Below are positions 41,667 through 50,928 of a stretch of 64,000 nucleotides of DNA, in pieces. Each line of letters begins with the position of its first letter. Position 1 is the first letter of the stretch. Made by a program: the position numbers and the translations under genes. Under the pieces are notes generated by a model. That model saw nothing but the letters and a program-made list of their open reading frames with translations, was not told the origin of the DNA and searched no databases. Where the stretch lies: positions 94,854 to 158,853 of the forward strand of contig LQBI01000031.1 of NCBI GenBank assembly GCA_002030045.1, given 5' to 3'. Origin of the DNA: Candidatus Aegiribacteria sp. MLS_C. GTDB lineage: Bacteria > Fermentibacterota > Fermentibacteria > Fermentibacterales > JCC-6.

Positions 41667-42665
41667 ATGAGATTCACTCTTGTATTACTTTCCATTCTGG
41701 CGGCTGTGGCCCTCTCGGCCGAGAGGACCGTACTCTGGGAGTACTTCACCCAGACCGGTTGACCCACCTGCTACAGCAGCTGGTCAGCTGTTAAGAGTGC
41801 CATCAACCCCTTCCTCACCTCCGGCGATGTAGCTCCACTCTACATCTTCTACAACGGTCCCGCCGCATGTGCCTTCAACTCGACCAGGTTCAGCTTCTAC
41901 GGCGTCGGGGCGACACCCACGGTCAAGATCGACGGGCTCGCGTCCGGCTATGCGCCCTCGGGATACGCGACAGCCATCAACAACAGGCTGGCGGTCCCCT
42001 CCTACGTGGACATCGACGTTACAATGGTGGGCGATGCCTCCGGCGGCACCGCGTACATCAGTGTCACAGCCGAGGAGGAGCCCTCCCAGACCTATCCTAT
42101 CAAGGTCTGGTGCGTGATCACCGAGGACCACGACATTGCCGCCGGAACAGGCTGGGGCGGGTACACGAACATGGAGATGATGTGGCTTCCCCGTGCATGG
42201 CCACTGGGGACCCAGGGCCAGGCGCTGAACTTCACGGGCCCGTACCCGCAGACCCTGAGCGTGGCCGGGGACTACACCCTCGACCCCTCACAGCACCAGT
42301 TCGACAACCTGAACGTGACCACCTTCGTCCAGTACACATCCGGCACAAGGGAGTGTCTCAACGCCGACCATATGGACATGCCCGACACGGCTACCGGAGT
42401 CTACGGCGACGAGGAGGGTTACTCACCAGTCACGCTCCTCACCGCAGGGCCCAACCCTTCCAACGGGGCCGTCACCATCAGCTGCGGGCTTCCCGCAGGA
42501 GTGGCCGGGACGGTAAGGGTATTCGATATAACCGGCAGGATCGTGAATTCCTTCCCCGCCGGGGATGCCGTCGAAACCCAGCTGGCGGAAAGCGGCGTCT
42601 ACTTCGTGCACCTGAGCACTACCGGAGGGGAATCGGTCAGGAGACAGATCACCGTAATAAGGTAG
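41667..42665 (+). CDS. predicted selenoprotein: signal-peptide, thioredoxin-like (UxxC) N-terminal domain, T9SS C-terminal sorting domain; in-frame UGA at 41760-41762
   Basis: AAAGGAGAAG RBS and ATG 41667. Signal peptide MRFTLVLLSILAAVALSA. VLWEYFTQTG-[TGA]-PTCYSSW resembles a Trx-fold F/W-x-x-W-C-x-x-C motif with Sec in place of the first Cys. The frame stays open across the TGA for 301 more codons. The C-terminus (…VRVFDITGRIVNSF…GVYFVHLSTTGGESVRRQITVIR) is T9SS-tail-like. Confidence 0.55.
41775..41792 (+). other. candidate bacterial SECIS-like hairpin 12 nt downstream of the UGA
   Basis: AGCAGC-UGGUCA-GCUGUU, a 6-bp stem (one G-U pair) with a G/U-containing apical loop. Confidence 0.3.
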
Positions 42666-42687
42666 CAAGGCAGTTATCACTGTGGAG

Positions 42688-42725
42688 AAGGGGCGGCCGG
42701 TCCGGACGCCCCTTCGACTTTTCAT
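42688..42725 (+). terminator. intrinsic terminator after the thioredoxin-like gene
   Basis: aag-ggggcg…cgcccc-ctt stem followed by cgacttttcatt. Confidence 0.45.
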
Positions 42726-42734
42726 TCCATTCGG

Positions 42735-43157
42735 TCAGTCGTAGGTGGAGAACGCATCCCGTTCGCCGGGACTCATGCCCCAGGCGGGCATCAGGGACAG
42801 TATCTCGAGGTCGGGGTCGTCACCGAGCCTGTAGAAGGCATCGCCGTCCAGGAATATCCTCCCGTTCTTTCCACCGGTCTCCGTCAGCACCATCGAGATC
42901 TCCCGCATACCCATGTCCACGGGGCTGCCGTCCAGTCTCACGGCCTCCCGCCTGTTCAGTACCAGTTCATCGGCAGTCGAATACCATTCGCCCGTGTAGA
43001 CGATACCCTCGTTGATGGACCGGAGGAAGGCGTACTCCCCCGTCTCCCAGAAGAAGTAGCAGCTGCCGTAACCGTCGGAAACGTCGGGTTCCGAGTTCCA
43101 GAACCCCTCCAGCTCCGCAGGGGTCATTGCAAGTAGCGCGGCAAGGAACAGCATCAT
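42735..43157 (-). CDS. small secreted hypothetical protein
   Basis: 140 aa with an N-terminal signal peptide MMLFLAALLAMTPA. Confidence 0.5.
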   Translation of the reverse strand: MMLFLAALLAMTPAELEGFWNSEPDVSDGYGSCYFFWETGEYAFLRSINEGIVYTGEWYSTADELVLNRREAVRLDGSPVDMGMREISMVLTETGGKNGRIFLDGDAFYRLGDDPDLEILSLMPAWGMSPGERDAFSTYD

Positions 43158-43171
43158 GTTACCCTCCCAGG

Positions 43172-43777
43172 TCAGGTGTTGCAGAAATGCTTATCCAGGT
43201 AGTAGGCCAGAAGCCTCCTGGCCTCCTCCTCGCACTCTCCGCAGGAGGTGCCCACCTTGGTCTTCTCCTGCAGCTGGTAGTAGTTCCTGGCTCCCTCAAG
43301 GACCGCGTGCTCTATCTCGTCCTCGGTGATGTTGAGGCACTGGCAGACCACCCGTGAGCCGGTGTCGTGGACCCTGTCCTCCATACCGATGGAGCGGTAG
43401 TAGTTGTCTATAGCCCTGCGCAGGGCCTTGTCGCCGAGGACGGAGCAGTGTACCTTGTTCTCGGGGAGCCCGCCGAGCTGCTCTATGATGTCCCTGTTGG
43501 AGATTCTGTATGCGTCCTCGAGTTTCATGCCCTTCACCATCTCGGAGAGGACGGATGTGCTGGCTATGGCGCTGGCGCACCCGAAGGTCTTCCACCGGCA
43601 GTCCGTGATGGTCATCGATTCGGGGTCTATCTTCAGGTAGAAGGTCATCTCGTCGCCGCACTTGATGTTGCCGGTGGTTCCCTTCGCGTCGTACTCGAAG
43701 CCCTCCTCGTCGTACATGATGTTCTTCGGGTCCATGAAGTGCTCCTTGACCCGGTCCGAGTACAGCCAGTCGCTCAT
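43172..43777 (-). CDS. nifU: NifU-like Fe-S cluster scaffold (IscU-type N-domain plus BFD-like [2Fe-2S] domain)
   Basis: N-terminus MSDWLYSDRVKEHFMDPKN; scaffold cysteines (GNIKCGDEM…FGCASAIAS); BFD-like CQCLNITEDEI…CGEC. Confidence 0.85.
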   Translation of the reverse strand: MSDWLYSDRVKEHFMDPKNIMYDEEGFEYDAKGTTGNIKCGDEMTFYLKIDPESMTITDCRWKTFGCASAIASTSVLSEMVKGMKLEDAYRISNRDIIEQLGGLPENKVHCSVLGDKALRRAIDNYYRSIGMEDRVHDTGSRVVCQCLNITEDEIEHAVLEGARNYYQLQEKTKVGTSCGECEEEARRLLAYYLDKHFCNT

Positions 43778-44958
43778 CTGCAGCTCCCGCCCCAGGCAGT
43801 GGACATCTTCCTCAGTCTCCGCACCACGCCCGGAAGGACCTCGAGCACCCTCTCGACGTCGTCCTCCGTTGTGGACCTCCCCATGCTGATGCGAAGGGAT
43901 CCGTGACTGTACTCAACGGGAAGACCCATCTCGAGGAGCACATGGGAAGGGTCAAGGGACCCCGACGCGCATGCGGAACCGGTGGAGACCTCTATGCCCT
44001 CCATGTCGAGATACAGCAGCATGGCCTCCCCCTCGACGCCGGCGAAGGAGACGTTCAGCGTCGAATGTACGCAGTGTTCCGGGAAGCTGTTGAAGTGAAT
44101 GTCGTCTATCCTTTCAATTATTCCTTCCCTGAGCCTGCGGTTGAGGGCCTCAAGCTTCCTTCCCTCGGCTTCCATCTCCAGTCCCCTCATTTCCGCAGCG
44201 ATTCCGAATCCCGTTATTCCCAGGGTGTTCTCGGTGCCCGCCCGTCGTCCCATTTCCTGGTGGCCGCCTCGGATCAGGGGACAGAAGGGCGTGCCCCTCC
44301 TTACATAAAGAGCGCCCACCCCCTTGGGTCCGTATATCTTGTGGGCCGAGACCGTCAGGAAGTCCACTTCCAGTTCTCTAACGTCAACCGGTATCTTGCC
44401 CACGGCCTGTACGGCATCGGTGTGGAAGAGGGCTCCCGCCCTGTGGGCGAGGTCCAACGCCGTACGAACATCCTGTATCGCACCTGTCTCGTTGTTCACC
44501 ATCATGATGGAAACCAGCGACGTATCCCTGGCGAGGGCCTCCTCGAGGTCCTCCATCCTGAGCAGGCCACGTTCATCGACGCCTATCCTGGCCACGCTTG
44601 CGCCGCGGTTCTCAAGACATTTGGAGGTCTCGAGGATACACGGGTGCTCGATGGTGGAAGTGACCAGCTGGCTCTCGACCGAAGGATGGATGCCGCACTG
44701 CGCCCCGGTGCAGCCGAGGATTGACAGGACGGTGTTGTTGGCCTCGGAGCCGCTGCCCACGAACATCATATCCCCGGGTTCCGCGTTTATCAGCGCCGCC
44801 ACCCTGCCCCTTGCCTCCTCAAGCAGAGCCCTGGCCTCCCTGCCGTCGGCGTGGAGGCTGGATGGATTCCCGTAGAGGTCCATGGAGTCTATGATCGACT
44901 TCCTGACCTCGGGATGCAGTGGAGTCGTCGCGTTATGGTCCAGGTAGATCCTCTTCAT
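43774..44958 (-). CDS. nifS: cysteine desulfurase
   Basis: MKRIYLDHNATTP start; PLP lysine context SAHKIYGPKG; active-site loop STGSACAS; 4-nt overlap with nifU. Confidence 0.85.
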   Translation of the reverse strand: MKRIYLDHNATTPLHPEVRKSIIDSMDLYGNPSSLHADGREARALLEEARGRVAALINAEPGDMMFVGSGSEANNTVLSILGCTGAQCGIHPSVESQLVTSTIEHPCILETSKCLENRGASVARIGVDERGLLRMEDLEEALARDTSLVSIMMVNNETGAIQDVRTALDLAHRAGALFHTDAVQAVGKIPVDVRELEVDFLTVSAHKIYGPKGVGALYVRRGTPFCPLIRGGHQEMGRRAGTENTLGITGFGIAAEMRGLEMEAEGRKLEALNRRLREGIIERIDDIHFNSFPEHCVHSTLNVSFAGVEGEAMLLYLDMEGIEVSTGSACASGSLDPSHVLLEMGLPVEYSHGSLRISMGRSTTEDDVERVLEVLPGVVRRLRKMSTAWGGSCR

Positions 44959-45127
44959 CTTCTCTCCAGGTTCATGAAACCTCATATCCGTCGACGCCCC
45001 GTGATTATGTGCCTGCCCAACGTGAAATGCAACCGCTCATAGCCGGTTCCCCTCCATTGTCCCCGGAGCGGACCTTGGACATGTTTTCCTTCTTGGCGGT
45101 AAAAAAAAGGAAGGAACGGGGTCTCCC

Positions 45128-47017
45128 ATGAACAGGAACAACAGTCTCAGGGACAGGTTGAGCTACGCTTTCGACACCATGATGTCCCGGGGGACGTCCG
45201 GTCTGATGATCTGGCTGGGTGTCCTCTCGGTGGTGCTGATAGTCGCCTTTTCGCTTGTGGTCATCCTGACACGGACAGCCCCCGAGGGGGAGAACTTTCT
45301 CGAGATTACCTGGATGAGCCTCATGAGGACCCTGGATCCCGGTACCATGGGTGGAGACCAGGGAACCCCCCTCTTCCTCATGGCGATGCTGTGCGTCACG
45401 CTGGGGGGCATCTTCATAATAAGCACCCTGATAGGCATAGTGACCACCAGCCTCGAGGCGAAGCTGGAATCGCTCCGCAAGGGCAGGTCCAGGGTGATGG
45501 AGAGCGGGCATACCGTGATCCTGGGATGGTCCGAGCAGGTCTTCACCATAGTTTCGGAACTGACCATAGCCAACGAGAACCAGAAGAACCCGTGCGTGGC
45601 GATACTGGCAGAGATGGACAAGGTGGAGATGGAGGACGAGATAAGGAGCAAGGTCCCAGACACTCGAAACACCAGGGTGGTGTGCCGGACCGGCAGTCCC
45701 ATGGAACCCGCCGATCTTGCCATAATGAGCCTCGGCACCTCGAAGTCCATAATAGTGCTCTCGCCGGAGGGGGACGATCCCGACCCCGAAGTGATCAAGG
45801 TCATGCTGGCAATAGTGAACGATCCGGAACTATCCTCCGTGGACCTCAACGTCGTGTCCCTGGTGAGGGACCCGGAGAATCTCCAGGTCGCAAGGATCGT
45901 TGGAAGGGACAGGGCGGAGATCGTCCTGGCCGGCGACCTGGTTGCCAGGATGGCGGCCCAGACCTGTCTTCAGTCGGGCCTCTCCGTGGTGTACCAGGAA
46001 CTCCTGGACTACGGCGGTGATGAGATCTACTTCCACATGGAACCATCACTGGCCGGAAGCAGGTTCAGGGAGGTCCTCTTCATGTACGAGAACAGCACCA
46101 TAATGGGAATCAAACCCGCAGATGGTCCCCCGGTGCTGAACCCGCCCATGGACACCGTCCTCGAGGAGGGCGACAGCCTCATCGCCATTTCCGAGGACGA
46201 CGACACCGTGGTGCTTTCCGGAAGGGAGACCTTCGACGTATCCGAGGGTGCTATTCGAAGCGACAGTCCCGTTGAGAACACCCCGACCAGGATCATAATG
46301 CTCGGCTGGAACTGGAGGGCTCCCATCATAATCAGGGAGCTGGACAGCTACCTGATGCCGGGATCCTACTTGCGCGTAGTGGCCAGGGGGGAGATGTGTG
46401 ACTTCGGCGGACAGGAACCGGGACTGGAAAACCTCGAGCTGGAGTTCACGCCGGCGGACACCACCGATCGTAAGATCCTGGAAAGTCTGGATATAGCGGG
46501 CTTCAACCACATCATCCTGCTCTGCTACACCGATCACCTGGAGGCACAGGAGGCCGACTCGGCCACACTGATGACGCTCCTCCACATCCGGGACATAACC
46601 GGGGGCTCGAAGGCCGGGTACACGATAGTAAGCGAAATGAAGGACATTCGGAACAGGAACCTGGCCGAGGTGACCGGAGCCGATGATTACATAGTCAGCG
46701 ACCAGATGCTGAGCCTGCTTCTGACGCAGATATCAGAGAACCGGTATCTAAGCGGCGTGTTCTGGGACCTCTTCGACCCGGAGGGATCGGAGATCTATCT
46801 CAAGCCGGTGAGCAGGTTCGTCAGTCCAGGCGAGCCCGTGAACTTCTATACGGTTGTGGAGAGCGCGGCCCGCAGGGGAGAGGTGGCCCTGGGGTACCGT
46901 ATCGCCGCTCTCAGGGATGATGCCGAGAGTTCCTACGGAGTGGTCGTCAATCCCGACAAGGGGAAGACGGTGGTCTTCGATGACAAGGACATGGTGATAG
47001 TTCTGGCGGAGGACTGA
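45128..47017 (+). CDS. CASTOR/POLLUX-type ion-channel-like protein (two TM helices plus tandem RCK/TrkA-like domains)
   Basis: N-terminal TM pair and a pore-like segment, then HTVILGWSEQ… and …RIIMLGWNWRA… RCK-type Rossmann starts. Confidence 0.7.
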   Translation: MNRNNSLRDRLSYAFDTMMSRGTSGLMIWLGVLSVVLIVAFSLVVILTRTAPEGENFLEITWMSLMRTLDPGTMGGDQGTPLFLMAMLCVTLGGIFIISTLIGIVTTSLEAKLESLRKGRSRVMESGHTVILGWSEQVFTIVSELTIANENQKNPCVAILAEMDKVEMEDEIRSKVPDTRNTRVVCRTGSPMEPADLAIMSLGTSKSIIVLSPEGDDPDPEVIKVMLAIVNDPELSSVDLNVVSLVRDPENLQVARIVGRDRAEIVLAGDLVARMAAQTCLQSGLSVVYQELLDYGGDEIYFHMEPSLAGSRFREVLFMYENSTIMGIKPADGPPVLNPPMDTVLEEGDSLIAISEDDDTVVLSGRETFDVSEGAIRSDSPVENTPTRIIMLGWNWRAPIIIRELDSYLMPGSYLRVVARGEMCDFGGQEPGLENLELEFTPADTTDRKILESLDIAGFNHIILLCYTDHLEAQEADSATLMTLLHIRDITGGSKAGYTIVSEMKDIRNRNLAEVTGADDYIVSDQMLSLLLTQISENRYLSGVFWDLFDPEGSEIYLKPVSRFVSPGEPVNFYTVVESAARRGEVALGYRIAALRDDAESSYGVVVNPDKGKTVVFDDKDMVIVLAED

Positions 47018-47086
47018 CACCGTCCTGCATCGGAATCCGGGGGCCTCGCGTCCCCTCGGCGACGGCCGGACGGGGGACCTTCGGCT

Positions 47087-47869
47087 TCACTCTTCCCGGG
47101 CGGCACCTTCAAGGAGTTCCCGGCACCATTCCTCTGCCTCGTCCAGCAATGCCGGCAGAGCATCAGGGCTCGAAGGGTACAGCAGCCTCTCGAGCCTGGT
47201 GTTAACTCCATCTGGATAGTCCCTGTCGGCGTACCTTATTCCGAAATCGAACCTTTCCGGCCTGTATTTCAGGTTCAGGAGCCCCGCCAGCTTTCCCGAT
47301 AAGAACCTCTGGTACTGCGCGACGGCGTCGATGGCGTTGCCTCTGGCGATCTGCTTGCGTGTCTCGACCAGGGTGAGAGGCAGTGTCGCACCTAGCATAC
47401 CGAGGAAACCGGAACGCCTGCGACTCAGTTCCAGGGGGTCCGATCCCTCCCCGGTGACAATTCCGTCCCGGTCAAGCCATACCAGGGCCTTCCCGTGACG
47501 GTCGGGCTCCAGGAGCCTTTCGTTCGAGGACAGCTTCTCCACCAGCAGGTCTATGTAATACAGGGGGGGGCAGTCCTCGATGAAGTAGAAACACTGCCCG
47601 TGACCGTGCCAGCAGGGTTCCGGCATTCGGAAACGGCGGGTTATTCCGTACTCCGCCTCCAGAAAGGACTCGAACAGTCTGAAAGCTTCCTCGACCCTGT
47701 CGTCCTCGACCACCATCACCAGGTCAAGGTCCGAGTAGTCATCCAGGAAGCCTGTGGCAGCGGAACCCCCTTCCCACATAGCCCGCACCCATGCAAATGT
47801 ATCGAAGACGCCCAGTATTCCCTTCCTCATCCTTTCCCGGAAGGGAGCTGTGCCTCTGCAGCCGTTCAT
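47087..47869 (-). CDS. nucleotidyltransferase-fold protein (ANT(6)/AadK-like)
   Basis: GFLDDYSDLDLVMVVED is a G[SA]-x9-13-DxD nucleotidyltransferase motif. Confidence 0.55.
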   Translation of the reverse strand: MNGCRGTAPFRERMRKGILGVFDTFAWVRAMWEGGSAATGFLDDYSDLDLVMVVEDDRVEEAFRLFESFLEAEYGITRRFRMPEPCWHGHGQCFYFIEDCPPLYYIDLLVEKLSSNERLLEPDRHGKALVWLDRDGIVTGEGSDPLELSRRRSGFLGMLGATLPLTLVETRKQIARGNAIDAVAQYQRFLSGKLAGLLNLKYRPERFDFGIRYADRDYPDGVNTRLERLLYPSSPDALPALLDEAEEWCRELLEGAAREE

Positions 47870-47890
47870 TTCAGGGGGATACAGTGTCCG

Positions 47891-48460
47891 TCAGTCCCGA
47901 CCCAGGAGACCATCCCTGAGACCTCCGTTCGGAGGATCGTCCCCCAGCCAGATGAGGAAGAACACCTCCTGGAAATCGCTGCCTTCTATCGTTCCCATCA
48001 CGGTACCCTTCACCGATACCTCCAGTCCTGTCCCGGGACGGTAAGTGAAGGTCATTCGGTCACCTTCGCTCATCGGGCTCATCCAGGAATTCAGGGTGAT
48101 CACCCTGTCCTCGTACCGGGGGAGGTCATTCCCGGCGTTCTTGATGAACCCCTCGGCCCAGGCGGAGGTGATGTCGGACTCCCCCACGTCCCTGACGAAA
48201 TGGAGGACCAGTCTTTTCGTCTCCTCGGAAGCGCATATCGCGGGACCGTTGCCGCCGGGGTTCTCCAGGTACAGAGCAGCCACGTAAACGTTGACCCTGA
48301 AGAGAGTGGCTTCCCTGGTCCCCAGTCCGTTGAGGGCAAGTTCGGTGCCGTCCACGGTGATGTTGTCCGGGTAGGACACCCCGTCGCGCTCCATGGCCCC
48401 AAGGCCGGAGGCCGTAACTGCAAGGACTGCTGCAAGGAGCGTGGAAGCTGCTGGTCTCAT
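47891..48460 (-). CDS. chalcone-isomerase-like family protein, secreted
   Basis: Signal peptide. TVDGTELALNGLGTREATLFRVNVYVAALYLE resembles bacterial CHI-like proteins. Confidence 0.5.
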   Translation of the reverse strand: MRPAASTLLAAVLAVTASGLGAMERDGVSYPDNITVDGTELALNGLGTREATLFRVNVYVAALYLENPGGNGPAICASEETKRLVLHFVRDVGESDITSAWAEGFIKNAGNDLPRYEDRVITLNSWMSPMSEGDRMTFTYRPGTGLEVSVKGTVMGTIEGSDFQEVFFLIWLGDDPPNGGLRDGLLGRD

Positions 48461-48472
48461 GTTCCTCCCGAT

Positions 48473-50863
48473 CTAGTGCTGTTCCGAGAACAGCTCGTTC
48501 ATGGCAGTAAGCAGCTGGGCCATTGAATAGGGTTTCAGGAGGAACCTCGAGTTTTCCCTGAACCTTTCCAGTGCGTCGCTGCTCTTCTCCCTGCTGTACC
48601 CGCTGCAGAAGATGATGGGCATTTCAGGTCGGACCTCCCTTATCTTTTCGGCGGCCATGAAACCATTCATGACGGGCATCACCGCGTCCATTATCATGAG
48701 GTCCACGCTGTCCGGAGAATCGGTGACAAGCAGGACAGCCTCCTCACCGTCCGCTGCCGTTATCACCTCGTGGCCGGCCTCCGAGAGCACTTCGCAGGCA
48801 AGGTTCCTCACATCGTCGTCGTCCTCCGCTATGATGATGGTGAGGGATACGGCCTCCTCGACCTCGTACTCCTGAGGTATCTCCTCTATCTCTATGTTGC
48901 GGTCGGCCGCCGGCAGGTAGACCCTGAACACGGAACCCTCGCCGGGAACGCTTTCGGCCCTTATGAGACCGTCATGCTGCGTGACGATGCCGTATACCGT
49001 GGAGAGGCCCAGACCCGTGCCGGCGGTTATACCCTTGGTACTGAAGAAGGGCTCGAAGATCCTGGAAAGGGTGTCCTCGTCCATACCATGACCGGTGTCG
49101 GCGATGGATACCATTCCGTAGTAACCCGGCCTGGCCGATGGATTGGTCTCACAGAACTCGCTGTCCAGGTAGACCCTGTCCGTCCGTACCGTTATCCTGC
49201 CGCCTTCGGGCATCGCATCCCTTGCATTGAGGCATATATTGAGCAGGACCTGTCCCGCCATGGAATGATCGGCGTTAACGTACACGGGATCCGTACAGGT
49301 CTCGAGAATGATGCCGATATTCTCGCCTATGATCCTCTTCAGCATTTTGAGGTGTTCCGAGATCACCTGGTTGAGATCCATTATACTTGTCACGATGACC
49401 TGGTTCCTGCTGAACAGCAGCAGCTGATGGACCAGTTCTTCGGCCCTCTCCCCGGCCTTCGATATCTGACGGACCATCTCCCTCACCGGGTGGTCCTCCT
49501 CGAGAGCGGCATCCGCCAGTTCCGTATAGCCGTTTATGACCTGCAGGATGTTGTTGAAGTCGTGTGCCACGCCCCCCGCCAGCTGGCCCACAGCATCCAT
49601 CTTCTGGGACTGCCTGAACTGGTTCTCAAGCTGAATGCGCTCGGACAGGTCCCTCACAAGGACGATGTAGGATCTTTCGCCATCGAAGCGGATCTCAGAG
49701 ACGTTCAGTTCGACCGGGATCTTCTCCCCGTCCTTGCGCAGTATCTCCACGTCGTATATCGGAGGGACTTTCTTGCCGGCTATCCTGTTGGTCATGTTCC
49801 TCAGCACCAGTGCCTCGTGATCGTGGGAAACGAAGTTCAGGACGCTGTTGCCCAGCAGTTCCCCGCGGTCGTAGCCCGTCAGGGTCGTCGCTGTGCGGTT
49901 GACGAAGACGATGATACCGTCGCGGTGGATCACGATGGCGTCGTTGCTGTTTTCCACCAGGGTACGGTACTTCTCCTCGCTCTCTCTCAGGGACTCGATT
50001 GTCTGCACGGTGTCCGTAATGTCCGTGCATACTAGCTGCAGGACCGGATGATGGCCGTGTTCGGACACAAGTATGCTGACCATCGCCCGGACGGTTACTC
50101 CATCGGCGTTCAGCATGCTGTACCGGGCAGTTCCGGATGGGTCGCCGGAACCATCCAGCATGCGCATTCTTCCGGTCAGGTCATTCCAGGATGGTTCAGA
50201 GAAGACCAGTCTTACTTCCGATGCCTCCATCGAGGTCAGCACGGAGGTCTCCAGGCCCAGCATCCTCCCCGCGGATTCGCTGGCGTACTCGATGACGGGA
50301 GGGTCTCCGCCGATGATCATGGTGCCGTGGTCGGAGTCCTCCATGATACGCCTGAACAGATCCGCATCCCTGACCAGGTCCTCGGGATACTCCACGGGGT
50401 TTTCCAGCAGGTGTCCCGAGACCATGACGCACATCACAATGCCGTCCTCGTCCCTGATCACCCTGTTGAGGAAGGTCGCCGGGATGCTCCCGCCGTCGGC
50501 GAGTATGGAGTACTCCTGCCGGAATGTCCCGGATCCCCTTTCGGTTAAGAGGTCGCTGAATGCCCTGGAAGCTGCGTCCCCTGATTCCGGGTCCACAAGG
50601 TCGGAGAACCAGTTCATGCCGACTATCTCCTCAGCGCTCCGGCCCAGTATGTCGCACATCTGCCGGTTGACGGTGATTATCTTGCCGCTGCGCGAGGTGA
50701 AGAGCAGAATGCTGTCGGCTTCCCTCAGTATGTCCTCCCCGGACATGTATTTCAGGACTGTACTGGAATCGCTCATTTCCCACTCCTGGTTTGAACGGTA
50801 CCCAGGGTCTGGCCTGAGACGCTGTTCCTGTACCGATAATACTAACTCAGCTCCACCAGTCAA
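48473..50863 (-). CDS. multi-PAS hybrid sensor histidine kinase with C-terminal receiver domain
   Basis: HisKA (VAHDFNNILQVI); HATPase (DTGHGMDEDTLSRIFEPFFSTK…GTGLGLS); REC (IIIAEDDDDV…MDAVMPVMNG). Confidence 0.8.
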   Translation of the reverse strand: MTGGAELVLSVQEQRLRPDPGYRSNQEWEMSDSSTVLKYMSGEDILREADSILLFTSRSGKIITVNRQMCDILGRSAEEIVGMNWFSDLVDPESGDAASRAFSDLLTERGSGTFRQEYSILADGGSIPATFLNRVIRDEDGIVMCVMVSGHLLENPVEYPEDLVRDADLFRRIMEDSDHGTMIIGGDPPVIEYASESAGRMLGLETSVLTSMEASEVRLVFSEPSWNDLTGRMRMLDGSGDPSGTARYSMLNADGVTVRAMVSILVSEHGHHPVLQLVCTDITDTVQTIESLRESEEKYRTLVENSNDAIVIHRDGIIVFVNRTATTLTGYDRGELLGNSVLNFVSHDHEALVLRNMTNRIAGKKVPPIYDVEILRKDGEKIPVELNVSEIRFDGERSYIVLVRDLSERIQLENQFRQSQKMDAVGQLAGGVAHDFNNILQVINGYTELADAALEEDHPVREMVRQISKAGERAEELVHQLLLFSRNQVIVTSIMDLNQVISEHLKMLKRIIGENIGIILETCTDPVYVNADHSMAGQVLLNICLNARDAMPEGGRITVRTDRVYLDSEFCETNPSARPGYYGMVSIADTGHGMDEDTLSRIFEPFFSTKGITAGTGLGLSTVYGIVTQHDGLIRAESVPGEGSVFRVYLPAADRNIEIEEIPQEYEVEEAVSLTIIIAEDDDDVRNLACEVLSEAGHEVITAADGEEAVLLVTDSPDSVDLMIMDAVMPVMNGFMAAEKIREVRPEMPIIFCSGYSREKSSDALERFRENSRFLLKPYSMAQLLTAMNELFSEQH

Positions 50864-50928
50864 TTCCGAAAAGCACTTTTAATCATGGTTGGGAACTGTA
50901 TGTGGCCGGCATGTACCGTCGAAGGCGA

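Noticed and set aside
41867-43015. 382-aa plus-strand ORF overlapping the thioredoxin-like gene
   Set aside because: It is in a different frame from the signal-peptide/T9SS protein. The translation is Arg/His/Pro-rich nonsense with no motif.
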